The notes under the pieces are model-generated. The model was given only the letters and a program-made list of their open reading frames with translations. It had not been told where the DNA came from and did no database searches. A DNA stretch of 64,000 nucleotides from an uncultured Candidatus Midichloriaceae bacterium (lineage in GTDB: Bacteria > Pseudomonadota > Alphaproteobacteria > Rickettsiales > Midichloriaceae). A program made the translations under genes and the position numbers. Shown here one piece after another: positions 46,395 through 56,041 of the stretch (position 1 is its first letter; the number at the start of each line of letters is the position of its first letter). The DNA is taken from contig CAZLFQ010000001.1 of the NCBI GenBank assembly GCA_964558975.1, positions 365,341 through 429,340 of the forward strand, written 5' to 3'.

Positions 46395-47720
46395 TTAATT
46401 TGTTAAGCGCTCAGAGTATAACGCCATTCCCTTCACTAGGTCAACTGCTCTTAATAACTGGAAGTCTTCACCGGCCAGCTTCTTATTCCCAGACACACTA
46501 TTGATACTTTTATGCTTTTTAGCATCAGCTGGCTGTTTACTATCATCATCTCCTTCTAAATGACCCATTAGGGAAGCTTCAGAACCCATAAACTCATTAC
46601 CTTTCGTCGCCGTGACCACACCTTCTTCAATGACAACATCTGGTTCAATGCCTTCAGCTTGAATTGAGTTGCCTGATGGAGTGAAGTACCTTGAAGTAGT
46701 AATTTTCATCGCAGTATTTCCGGGTAATGGCATCACTGTTTGTACCGAACCTTTACCAAATGACTTTGTTCCTGCGATTAATGCCCTTTTGTTATCTTGT
46801 AGAGCGCCCGCCACAATTTCAGAAGCAGAAGCAGAGCCGCCGTTAATTAGCACAACAATAGGCAAGCCATTTGTCATATCCTTGCCATTAGCTCTATAAA
46901 CATTGTTAGAATCAGGAATTCTTCCTTTTGTAGAAACTATTACTCCTTCTTCAAGGAATAACTCTGTCACTTCTCTTGATTGGTCAAGCAATCCACCTGG
47001 ATTCCATCTAAGATCCAGAACTACACCTCTTAAAAGTTTACCAGAATCTTTAGCTTGATCTTCTAATCTCATAAATTCTTTTCTCAGCAGCTGGGAGCTA
47101 TTTTCACTAAAGCTTGCCAACTTCAAGTGAGCAACATCTTCACCTACTAATTTTGCTTTAACAGGAATAATTTTAATGATCTCCCTAGATAGAGTCATCT
47201 CAAGTGTCTCATTTGAAGACTCACGATAAATTGTCACTTTAACTTTTGTTTTAGGTTTTCCACGAAGTTTTTCTACAGCTTGTGATAGCGTCAGACCTTT
47301 AACAATCTGACCATCAATCATGGTAATAAAATCACCTACTTTGACACCAGCTTTAAATGCAGGGCCGTCTTCATAAGGAGAAATAACTTTTATAAAGCCC
47401 CTTTCCATAGTTACTTCAATGCCCAGTCCACCAAACTCTCCTTTAGTGGAAATTTTCATGTCTTGAAAATCTTTTTCATTTAAAAACGTTGAGTGCGGAT
47501 CAAGAGAAGAAAGCATTCCTTCTAACGCTGCTTCAATAAGCTGCTTATCATTTGTTTCTTCCACATACTCGTTTTTGACTTTTACAATAACATCATCGAA
47601 TAAACGTCTGTAGTCTAGCTTCTGCTTACCAACTAAATAGCTAACTATATTATCGCCTTCAGCATAAGCAGGAGATACCATTAAACCAACGAACATAAAT
47701 GCAAATAAAAATCGCGACAT
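46395..47720 (-). CDS. ctpA: carboxy-terminal processing peptidase (S41)
   Basis: Signal peptide, PDZ region (GIEV...GPAFKAGVKVGDFI) and the catalytic block GGSASASEIVAGALQD...GKGSVQ. Confidence 0.9.
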   Translation of the reverse strand: MSRFLFAFMFVGLMVSPAYAEGDNIVSYLVGKQKLDYRRLFDDVIVKVKNEYVEETNDKQLIEAALEGMLSSLDPHSTFLNEKDFQDMKISTKGEFGGLGIEVTMERGFIKVISPYEDGPAFKAGVKVGDFITMIDGQIVKGLTLSQAVEKLRGKPKTKVKVTIYRESSNETLEMTLSREIIKIIPVKAKLVGEDVAHLKLASFSENSSQLLRKEFMRLEDQAKDSGKLLRGVVLDLRWNPGGLLDQSREVTELFLEEGVIVSTKGRIPDSNNVYRANGKDMTNGLPIVVLINGGSASASEIVAGALQDNKRALIAGTKSFGKGSVQTVMPLPGNTAMKITTSRYFTPSGNSIQAEGIEPDVVIEEGVVTATKGNEFMGSEASLMGHLEGDDDSKQPADAKKHKSINSVSGNKKLAGEDFQLLRAVDLVKGMALYSERLTN

Positions 47721-47866
47721 CAGAAAACAAATAAAACTTATATAATAATATATTATTTGTAATTGGAGCCTTTAGCAAGACACGATTGTCCTTTCTTCAC
47801 ATATAGACTTGTTTCTATACATCCATATAGTAAAGTGTATTTTGAAATATTCATGGTTGCAAAGGT

Positions 47867-49384
47867 ATGACAATAATCAAAAACTCTATAACTGTGGGCG
47901 GACTGACGCTTATTTCACGAATTTTCGGCTATATTCGTGATGCCTTTATAGCATTTGTACTTGGCGCTGGTGCTCTAAACGATGCATTTATCATCGCATT
48001 TAGAATCCCAAATTTATTTAGAACAATCTTTGGAGAAGGCGCTTTTAGCGCTGCATTCGTACCGATATACTCAGCATTGTCATCAAAGTCAGGTACTGAA
48101 GCTAAGAAATTTGCACAACAAGTTCAGGCATGGTTATTAATAGCTCTAATAATTTTCTCAGCAATCATGATGTATTTCATGCCAGAGTTAGTCATGATAA
48201 TGGCACCTGGATATATTGATGATCAGAGCATATTCACTACCGCTGTAGCCTTAGGAAGGATTACCTTTCCTTACATAATATTTATGTCATTTCTAGCATT
48301 TTACGGCGGCATGCTTAATAGTCTTGGGAAGTATGCTGCATTTGCCTCAGCACCAATTTTATTAAATATAGTCATGATATTTTCTGTAGCGTTCGTTAGC
48401 ATCACAGAAACAAAGGCTCATGCTCTATCTTATGGTGTTTTAATAGCAGGTATTGTTGAATTATTATGGGTTTTATACTTTGCTAAAAAGAATAAAATTC
48501 TTGTTAACTTCACATTCTCACTAAAAATGTCGGACGAAGTAAAAACGCTACTTAAGCGTATTATACCTGGAATTTTTGGTTCTGGAATAGCCCAAATCAA
48601 CGTTTTTATAACAACCATTCTCGCTTCATATGTGATTGGCGGCATCTCTTATCTTTACTATGCAGATAGAATATACCAATTACCTTTAGCTTTAATAGGA
48701 ACAGCAATGGGAACTGTATTACTCCCTACCCTTGCAAAAGATTATGAAAACGGAAATAGTGCCAGTGCAATCAAAAATAAGAACACAGCAATTGAATTTT
48801 GCATGTTGTTTACAATTCCAGCCATGCTTGCAATCGTTATTCTTTCAGAAGATATTATAAAATTACTTTTTGAACATGGTGAATTTACTCACGAAGCAAC
48901 AATTCAAACTTCAAAAGCATTATCAGTATTCGCATTTGGATTGCCAGCATATGTGTTGTTAAAAGTTTTCACATCAAGCTTCTTTGCTGCAGGAGATACT
49001 AAAACTCCTGTAATAATCTCAACGCTAAGTCTTCTAGTAAACATTTTGATAAGTTTACTTTTGTTATCTCAATTCAAACACGTTGCAATTGCAATAGGAA
49101 GTGTCGTTTCGTCTTGGTTAATGCTCATAATTTTAATCAAACTCTCAATCAATAAGAAAAGATATAAATTATCTGAAAACAGCCTAACTAGAATCCTCAA
49201 ATTTTTCATATCAGGTTTACTTATGACGCTAGCAATATATGGCATTGAGTCACTGACTAACAACATAAATATATTCGTATCAATGGCACTTGAAATAATT
49301 GTCGGCGGAATTTTATATCTAGCGTTTTGCTACTTTTTTGGTGTTATAAGTAGAAAACAGATCACTCAGTTTTTAAAGATCTAG
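47867..49384 (+). CDS. murJ: lipid II flippase MurJ
   Basis: GGLTLISRIFGYIRDAFIAFVLGAG..DAFIIAFRIPNLFRTIFGEGAFSAAFVP N-terminal signature. 505 aa, polytopic. Confidence 0.9.
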   Translation: MTIIKNSITVGGLTLISRIFGYIRDAFIAFVLGAGALNDAFIIAFRIPNLFRTIFGEGAFSAAFVPIYSALSSKSGTEAKKFAQQVQAWLLIALIIFSAIMMYFMPELVMIMAPGYIDDQSIFTTAVALGRITFPYIIFMSFLAFYGGMLNSLGKYAAFASAPILLNIVMIFSVAFVSITETKAHALSYGVLIAGIVELLWVLYFAKKNKILVNFTFSLKMSDEVKTLLKRIIPGIFGSGIAQINVFITTILASYVIGGISYLYYADRIYQLPLALIGTAMGTVLLPTLAKDYENGNSASAIKNKNTAIEFCMLFTIPAMLAIVILSEDIIKLLFEHGEFTHEATIQTSKALSVFAFGLPAYVLLKVFTSSFFAAGDTKTPVIISTLSLLVNILISLLLLSQFKHVAIAIGSVVSSWLMLIILIKLSINKKRYKLSENSLTRILKFFISGLLMTLAIYGIESLTNNINIFVSMALEIIVGGILYLAFCYFFGVISRKQITQFLKI

Positions 49385-50965
49385 GTGCGAATATAAATCA
49401 CTATGCTGTTTACAATTACTTTGATCAAAAGATGACCATAATTCATCGAAACCATTTATAATGATATTTGGATTAGATTGTTTTGCTATCTCACAAATTG
49501 GAATCTGATGCTCAAGATTATCATAATATATCAAGTTCTGATCTTTAGAATGAAGTAAGTTTATTGTTTTAAACTTACCTGCTAAAACAGCTATGTTAAT
49601 GATATTATCTTTATTTTCGTTAACATAAGAAACATTTGCACCACACTCTATTAAAATTTTGACCGCTTCAGGATCATCAGACAATACAGCATTTGTTAAT
49701 GGAGTTTTGATATTGATATTATCAGCAGCATTTACATCATTACCAAGTTTACATAAACTCTTTAGAATATTATTTTTAATTTCTGAAGTTTTTTGTGCAG
49801 CTATTACGTGAAGCGCAGCCTGCCCTTTTGCATCTTTTAAGTTAACATCAGCTCCAAGTGCAAACAATAAATCTGCAAAATCAAAATTACCATTTTGTAG
49901 GGCTATGTGTAATGGAGTCTCCCCAGCAAAATTCGCAATATTAATTTTTTCTACACTCTCTCTTATTTTTGAAACATCTCCTCTATATGCTGCAGGTATT
50001 AGTGAGGATACTGAATGAGTAAAAATATTATAATAACCCAATTTACTAAGCATCGACTCAGAAACCCTATCAAAATCACTACCTGTAATAAAATTAGATA
50101 CTGTATCTATAAATTCTTTTGGCATATTCCACGCATATTTAAATGTCCCAAGATCTTTCCAAACATGGTACATCACGCCCTGATCGCGCAGATCTAACTC
50201 ATCAGTTTTAAAGTAGTGATTTATAGTTGGATCAATCCCTACACTTTCAATTATATCATAAGCAAAGTCTGCACAATTTTTACCAAAGTAACCTAAGAAA
50301 TCATATTTATGAGATTCGCTATGAAATTTCGCGTTGTGCTTTTGTATATTGGCAATCAACTGCTTTGCTTTCTCTTTATTTAATGGAAACGTTATAGAAA
50401 TCGATCCCTTGTTAAAATGAGGGTTATATTCACCATTCTTTAGAAATTTATCACCTGTAGAATATTTTGGCGTGTAATAGCTATCATTCCTTATATAGAG
50501 ATCACTATACATCGAACCTTTTTGTTTTGGTGCCACACCGAATGTGAGAGTATGGTTAGTAACGAGATCTTTAAGTTCTATGTATGAATGATATTCAGCA
50601 GTCCTAAATACAAGGCTATAGCTGTAGTCCTCAGGAGTAATATATAGTTTTTTTACAACATCTCTATAATTGGTATTGGCAAAAATATATTGATGATCTT
50701 TATCGCAATAAAGAGCTGTGTCTTCGCCTCTCTGAAATACTTGGAATTTATTTACTTCCAATCTTAAAAAATTTAATAATGATTCATTATTAATTGCGTC
50801 GTTTTTAAAATAGTAATAAGTCTTTGATGTTATCTTAGTGTCTTTCACTTCATTGGCTATGAAATCATCAGGCATCAACAAATGTAATGGTACTTTTGAA
50901 ATTAGTCCCTGAAACTGATCACTATATGCATTCTCTTTATGATTCAATGTAACTTTGGCTATCAT
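49373..50965 (-). CDS. two-domain protein: N-terminal His/Cys (permuted-papain-like) domain plus C-terminal ankyrin repeats
   Basis: ANK repeats GETPLHIALQNGNFDFADLLFALGADVN, QAALHVIAAQ and TPLTNAVLSDDPEAVKILIECGANV. The N-domain motifs AEYHSYIEL and YDFLGYFGKNCADFAYDIIESVGI are shared with the 57857..59290 protein. Confidence 0.75.
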   Translation of the reverse strand: MIAKVTLNHKENAYSDQFQGLISKVPLHLLMPDDFIANEVKDTKITSKTYYYFKNDAINNESLLNFLRLEVNKFQVFQRGEDTALYCDKDHQYIFANTNYRDVVKKLYITPEDYSYSLVFRTAEYHSYIELKDLVTNHTLTFGVAPKQKGSMYSDLYIRNDSYYTPKYSTGDKFLKNGEYNPHFNKGSISITFPLNKEKAKQLIANIQKHNAKFHSESHKYDFLGYFGKNCADFAYDIIESVGIDPTINHYFKTDELDLRDQGVMYHVWKDLGTFKYAWNMPKEFIDTVSNFITGSDFDRVSESMLSKLGYYNIFTHSVSSLIPAAYRGDVSKIRESVEKINIANFAGETPLHIALQNGNFDFADLLFALGADVNLKDAKGQAALHVIAAQKTSEIKNNILKSLCKLGNDVNAADNINIKTPLTNAVLSDDPEAVKILIECGANVSYVNENKDNIINIAVLAGKFKTINLLHSKDQNLIYYDNLEHQIPICEIAKQSNPNIIINGFDELWSSFDQSNCKQHSDLYSHLDL

Positions 50966-51040
50966 GGTTTTACAACATAGATTTCTGACTCCTAAATTAT
51001 AGAACTGTAATCATTTAGCAAAACAATTATTTACCTTAAC

Positions 51041-51084
51041 AAAAAATAAAAAAAGCTCGCATTTTTTAAATGCGAGCTTTTCAT
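51041..51084 (-). terminator. Rho-independent terminator of flgE
   Basis: Perfect 12-bp stem AAAGCTCGCATT / AATGCGAGCTTT (51052-51063 with 51069-51080) and a 5-nt loop, 18 nt past the flgE stop. On the minus strand a U-rich run follows (complement of AAAAAATAAAAA, 51041-51051). Confidence 0.65.
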
Positions 51085-51097
51085 TTAGTTAGTTTCA

Positions 51098-53923
51098 TTA
51101 TGTATTAAATGTTCTATGTAACAAGTCATCTTGAAGTTTATCAACAACGCTAATTACCTTAGCACTGGCTTGATATTGCCTCTGCGCTAAAATTAGTTTT
51201 GTAAGCTGATCTGCAGTATCAACGTTTGATCCCTCAAGTGTGCCAGAAAGAACTTTACCAACACCTTCCTGTCCTGCTTCTTTTAAGTTAAATGGACCCG
51301 AATCTTTACTTGCGCTGAAAACGTTACCTGCATAAGGAATCAATCCGTTAGGGTTTGCAAAGTCTGCAATTGCAAGTTTAAAGATCTTTCTAGTTCTGTT
51401 GTTTGTAAATTGTGCAACGATGTAACCATTACTATCAACAGTAACACCACTTAACTGACCAGTAGACCAACCGTTAGCTTCTTTTGACTTAATTGAATAG
51501 ATCCCAGAAACCTGTCCAATACCACCAGCTGTTCCAACATCACCAAATTTCACACTAATAGTATTTGGCTCTGCACCAACGATTGCTGACCAGTTCACTA
51601 CAAATTCATCCTCTAATGAAGCAAGTTGATTGGATTCAGAGGTGTTTTTCAGTCCAAGGGCTTCATATATAGTTGTGCTAACACCAGTACCAATTGGCAC
51701 ACCTATTATTTGAGCATCTCCGTTAAATGTCATATTTAGACTTGGATTCTTAGGCTGAATTTTTAGTCTATATGTATTATCCATAGTGCCTGTCACAACT
51801 TCAGCTTGGAGTGCAAAAGGCCCTTCTGTGCTATTAAGTTGCTCAGCTAATTCGTATAAAGATGTGAAGCTATTTGCTGCTATATTATCAGCACTGGTAA
51901 TTCCTAAATCTGTACCAAATCCAGCAGCTGGAGTTTCACCAAATTCAACGATTTTAGTCGAATCAATAGGCCTAATATCAATTTTGTATTTGTTTGTTCC
52001 ATCTTTATCATAAACAACATCGGCTCTAACTACGTCTCTTAGGCCAACCGTAGTGTTAATTTGATTAGCTAAATTCTTTAGAACATCAATATTAGTTACA
52101 CCAGCACCTCTTGTTACGTTATATGTTGTGCCTGGATCTACAGATGAAGTTTTATAAGTTATGTTCAACTGATCGCCAACAGTTCCCGCCAAATCAACGC
52201 CTGTTTGAGCAAAGTACGAGCTACTTGCAATAGCAGCACCATATGTAAATGTATGTTTGATGCTTGTAGAACCAGCTGATACGTCAACTTCTAAAAGTTG
52301 ACCAGCTGTCGCTCCGAGAGCTTGGTGTGGTGAGGAAATATTTTTAGTTTTTGCTAATTGAGTTGTATTTAACATCGACTGTAGGTTACCTCTACCGTCA
52401 AATTTTAAAACACCAGCTTGCAATAATCCATCAGTTCTGCCCGCAACGCTTACTTTTGACGGATCATTAGCATACGCTTCAACAGCCCAAGTATTTGTAT
52501 CTAATTTCAGGAAAGCTAAAATCATAACATGCTTATTACCCATCCTGTCATAGATCTCAACATCTTGGCTGAAGTGAGCTTCTACTGATCTGCCAGCCAT
52601 ATTATTGTTTGCATCATATGGATCGTAATTTGTAGCTAAGAACCCTTGCTTCAAACCGAACTCTTCAAGGAAATTACTGCCCGACCCTTTATTATAGTTT
52701 TCTAGGAATAGCGGGTTAGTAGATTGAAGTGTAATATTAGCACCTACGGAATCAGATGAAAATATATCAGCTGATAAACCTGCAGTGCCCAAATGCTCTT
52801 TTAAATCTTGTAGTGAAGAGAATCTACCAATTACGTCGCTACTACTACTAATTTGGAATGCTTTGATATTTTTCGCATCTTCAAACCCTATAGTATTTCT
52901 TAATGTAGCATCTCCCAAAAAAGTTAAAGAATAGTTTGCTTTATCAGGCGACACAAGCAATGTAGATTTTAGTACACCAGCAACATATTGAGTCACAACT
53001 CTCGCTCTTACAGAATAATCGCCAGTTGATTTCTCATTAATTTGTTGAGCAAGATTCTCTAGAACAACTTGGTTTGATGCACCAGAACCTCTAGTCATAT
53101 CATCAGAAATACGGTCGTTAACTTGGAATTTAAGAACTGTGCCAGCAGCGCCTGCTAGTTCTGTACCTGCACTGTTAAATGTATACGACTGCGCAAAACC
53201 ACCATATTCAATTATTTTCTCTACCTTTGCATCACTAGATGAAGTATATGAAGTTAATTTTATACCTTCACCAACAGTCAGGTTATTAGCTGCGTTTGGA
53301 TACAAAATATCATTAGCCCTGATATTAAAGTTAGCTGGCGAAGCTTTAGGTCCTTTATTCAATATGTTAATAGTTGTGACACCACCGCCCGCCACTTTTT
53401 GTTGGGCATCTAAGTTGGCACCAAATTTAATTTCAGAGGTGGACGACGCTTCAGAAATTAATTGCTTAACATCAACCAACTTCAAGCTCGAAGGCAAGGA
53501 CTTAGTATCTGGCAATCTTTCATTAGAATCTAATGGCCATCCTACAAGTAGATATTCCGCACCATTTACGAATCTTCCTAGATTATCTTTTCTAAATGAA
53601 CCTTCACGGGTAAAAAACAAGTTGCTAATATTTCCATTTTCATCAAGTTTGTCTGTAACAACGAAAAAGCCCTGTCCGCCAAGTGCTATATCTGTAGCGA
53701 ATTCCGTCCTTTCCATTTTACCTTGTTGATCAACCAACTGGCGTGTAACGCTCAATACACCGCCCGCAGATTTTCCCGAAGCATTTACTATACTTTGCGC
53801 CTGAGCCTCGAAGCCTTTATACCCCTTGGTTCCAACGTTCGCAATGTTACCAGAATATTCCTCAATCCTTCTGTCTGTCTCTGTCATGCTTGATACGGAA
53901 GCCGATATTGCACCTGTAGCCAT
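51098..53923 (-). CDS. flgE: flagellar hook protein FlgE, unusually long (~941 aa) with duplicated insert domain
   Basis: N-terminal rod/hook motif GNIANVGTKGYK, then GGQGFFVV, FTREGSFRKDNLGRFVNGAEYLLVGWP, EIYDRMGNKHVMILAF and VLKFDGRGNL. The C-terminus reads LEGSNVDTADQLTKLILAQRQYQASAKVI. The ATG at 53923 (MATGAIS) has a GGAGAA Shine-Dalgarno element 5 nt upstream and is preferred over the tracked start at 53971. Confidence 0.85.
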   Translation of the reverse strand: MATGAISASVSSMTETDRRIEEYSGNIANVGTKGYKGFEAQAQSIVNASGKSAGGVLSVTRQLVDQQGKMERTEFATDIALGGQGFFVVTDKLDENGNISNLFFTREGSFRKDNLGRFVNGAEYLLVGWPLDSNERLPDTKSLPSSLKLVDVKQLISEASSTSEIKFGANLDAQQKVAGGGVTTINILNKGPKASPANFNIRANDILYPNAANNLTVGEGIKLTSYTSSSDAKVEKIIEYGGFAQSYTFNSAGTELAGAAGTVLKFQVNDRISDDMTRGSGASNQVVLENLAQQINEKSTGDYSVRARVVTQYVAGVLKSTLLVSPDKANYSLTFLGDATLRNTIGFEDAKNIKAFQISSSSDVIGRFSSLQDLKEHLGTAGLSADIFSSDSVGANITLQSTNPLFLENYNKGSGSNFLEEFGLKQGFLATNYDPYDANNNMAGRSVEAHFSQDVEIYDRMGNKHVMILAFLKLDTNTWAVEAYANDPSKVSVAGRTDGLLQAGVLKFDGRGNLQSMLNTTQLAKTKNISSPHQALGATAGQLLEVDVSAGSTSIKHTFTYGAAIASSSYFAQTGVDLAGTVGDQLNITYKTSSVDPGTTYNVTRGAGVTNIDVLKNLANQINTTVGLRDVVRADVVYDKDGTNKYKIDIRPIDSTKIVEFGETPAAGFGTDLGITSADNIAANSFTSLYELAEQLNSTEGPFALQAEVVTGTMDNTYRLKIQPKNPSLNMTFNGDAQIIGVPIGTGVSTTIYEALGLKNTSESNQLASLEDEFVVNWSAIVGAEPNTISVKFGDVGTAGGIGQVSGIYSIKSKEANGWSTGQLSGVTVDSNGYIVAQFTNNRTRKIFKLAIADFANPNGLIPYAGNVFSASKDSGPFNLKEAGQEGVGKVLSGTLEGSNVDTADQLTKLILAQRQYQASAKVISVVDKLQDDLLHRTFNT

Positions 53924-53966
53924 AATTTTTCTCCAAATACTTTTTGGTTTAAATGTGACAATACGA

Positions 53967-53982
53967 AGCAATATCTATGCCA
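53967..53982 (-). promoter_or_regulatory. sigma54-type -24/-12 promoter upstream of flgE
   Basis: The minus strand reads TGGCAT-AGATA-TTGCT, against the consensus TGGCAC-N5-TTGCW, with exact GG/GC spacing. It lies about 44 nt upstream of the preferred flgE ATG. Confidence 0.55.
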
Positions 53983-54034
53983 AACCTTATTAATTTGTTA
54001 TTCTAATTCACATAACATATATTAAAGCAGAGCA

Positions 54035-54754
54035 ATGCAACTAGAAGACCAAGCAATAATACTTGATCAGCAGAGGTTTCAAGAATCCAAATATATTATT
54101 TCGTTACTTACTAAAGAACATGGATTAATGAAAGGGCTTTTTGCAGCAAATAAAAAAAACAAACCAGATATGCTTAGTGGAAATATATCGAATATGTTTT
54201 GGAATGCTAGGCTTTCTGACCACCTTGGAATTATTAGACTAGAAACTATTACCAATGTTTTTACAATCGTCAGTAATAACCAAAATAAGATGATCATATT
54301 GAATTCTGCATTAGCGATGTGCAAATCTTTCCTACATGAAAAAGAACCACAGACTGATATTTATAATAAGTTGGCAGAACTAATGGTTGCAATTCGTGAT
54401 GATATTGATCCATACAAACATTATATATTATTTGAATTATTACTACTTAGCAAAGCAGGGTATGGACTTGATCTCTCTAAGTGTATCGCAACTGGAGAAA
54501 CTGAAAACTTAGAATATATATCCCCTAAGTCTGGGGCTGCTGTTTCAAAGATTGCTGGAGAGCCTTATAAAGATAAAATGTTTATGCTACCATCATTCTT
54601 TTTAAACGACTCTTCACAACCAGTTGTTTCAGAGATTCAAGAGGCAATAAGAATACTCAGTCATTTTATGGAAAAGTTTTACTTTTTCCCGTATGGAAAA
54701 AAAATTCCATCTGCGCGAACACAATTAGCGGAATCTATATTACTCAGTTTATAA
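54035..54754 (+). CDS. recO: DNA repair protein RecO
   Basis: 239 aa. N-terminal OB-fold pattern (DQAIILDQQRFQESKYIISLLTKEHGLMKGL) and typical length. Confidence 0.75.
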   Translation: MQLEDQAIILDQQRFQESKYIISLLTKEHGLMKGLFAANKKNKPDMLSGNISNMFWNARLSDHLGIIRLETITNVFTIVSNNQNKMIILNSALAMCKSFLHEKEPQTDIYNKLAELMVAIRDDIDPYKHYILFELLLLSKAGYGLDLSKCIATGETENLEYISPKSGAAVSKIAGEPYKDKMFMLPSFFLNDSSQPVVSEIQEAIRILSHFMEKFYFFPYGKKIPSARTQLAESILLSL

Positions 54755-55856
54755 AGACCGAAACTATATCTTTTACAGTTACATATATCATAAGCGCTAC
54801 AAGTAGTGTTAGGCCAATCCTGAACCCAATCATCTGTATTTTTTCGCTCAAGGGTTTTCCTTTAATGGCTTCAATTGCGTAATACATTAAATGCCCACCA
54901 TCTAACATTGGAATAGGGAATAAGTTAACCAACCCTAAGTTTATTGAAATAAGGGCAACAAACCACAAGATGCCATTTACCCCTGACTCAGCAGATTGTC
55001 CTGAATACTTTGCAATTTTAATTGGCCCACCTAGATCATCTGTGCTTCTTGCGCCAATTAGCATTTGCCAAACAGCCTGCAACATACCAACAGATATGTT
55101 ATAGGAATCCTGAACTGCTTCAATAGCAGCCATACCAAAAGTTAATTCTTCGTTTTCATATTTATTAGATGTTATACCTAGCATAGGCATTTTAATCTCA
55201 TTACCGAATACGTCTTTTGTCACTTTGATTTCAGGCTTTAAATCGAATTCCAAAACCCTTGAGCCACGCTCAATAACAACATGTATTTCTTCGCCAAGAT
55301 TCAGAGCCAGTATCTGTCTAATCTCTTCGAATGTTTCAATCTCTCTATCATCAATTTTTTTTACAACGTCACCCGCTTCTACTCCTGCTTTTGCAGCAAC
55401 ACTGTCTTTTACAACAGCTGTAATTTCTGGAAGAATATAAGCCTTTCCGTAGAAACTAAACATGGTTGCTAGAATCACTATTGCTAAAATATAGTTAGCA
55501 GCAGGCCCAGCAAATACTACCAAAGCTTTCTGCCATATTTTTTTAAAATAAAACGACTGCGCCTTTTCTTTTTTTGATAATTTCTTAAGTTTATCAAAAT
55601 CAGGAGAGCTCGATGGATCAGCATCACCGTACATTTTTACATACCCACCCATAGGAATAGCTGCAATTTTCCAACGTGTTCCATGCGGATCTGTCCAACC
55701 AACCAGCTCTGAACCAAAGCCAATTGAAAAAACCTCAACTTTCACACCATTAAGACGAGCAACAAAATAATGCCCAAACTCATGAACAAAAACAACTATG
55801 GTTATTACTACTAAAAACCAAAACACACTCATCAAACCTGTTAAGATCGGATCCAT
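54744..55856 (-). CDS. rseP: RIP zinc metalloprotease RseP (M50)
   Basis: HEFGHYFVAR zinc motif in TM1, a central PDZ (AAKAGVEAGDVV) and the C-terminal NLFPIPMLDGGH motif. Confidence 0.9.
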   Translation of the reverse strand: MDPILTGLMSVFWFLVVITIVVFVHEFGHYFVARLNGVKVEVFSIGFGSELVGWTDPHGTRWKIAAIPMGGYVKMYGDADPSSSPDFDKLKKLSKKEKAQSFYFKKIWQKALVVFAGPAANYILAIVILATMFSFYGKAYILPEITAVVKDSVAAKAGVEAGDVVKKIDDREIETFEEIRQILALNLGEEIHVVIERGSRVLEFDLKPEIKVTKDVFGNEIKMPMLGITSNKYENEELTFGMAAIEAVQDSYNISVGMLQAVWQMLIGARSTDDLGGPIKIAKYSGQSAESGVNGILWFVALISINLGLVNLFPIPMLDGGHLMYYAIEAIKGKPLSEKIQMIGFRIGLTLLVALMIYVTVKDIVSVFIN

Positions 55857-56041
55857 AAACTCTCTATTCCAAAAATACTTACCAATTATAATATATTAAA
55901 TTTACTAGCAATTGCTAGGTGTTATTTAAGATTTATGTAAATCATATTACGCTGTGTGGAAGAACGGAAGTACATGTGGACATTTATTTTAACAAGTGAA
56001 AAATTCAACCAGAAATTATATGTGACATTAACGTTTTTTTA

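Noticed and set aside
53139-53729. 196-aa plus-strand ORF
   Set aside because: It lies entirely antisense to the strongly supported flgE. Its translation is low-complexity (P/A/S/L-rich) with no motif, so it is a shadow ORF of a long gene in an AT-rich genome.
53924-53971. N-terminal extension of flgE (tracked start 53971)
   Set aside because: The extension contains the sigma54 -12 element and lacks a Shine-Dalgarno element. The ATG at 53923 has GGAGAA upstream and yields a normal FlgE N-terminus.
55904-55917. Perfect 14-bp palindrome CTAGCAATTGCTAG upstream of rseP
   Set aside because: It is a single occurrence with no second copy in the window and no adjacent U-tract, and short AT-rich palindromes are common. 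It is noted only as a possible operator.
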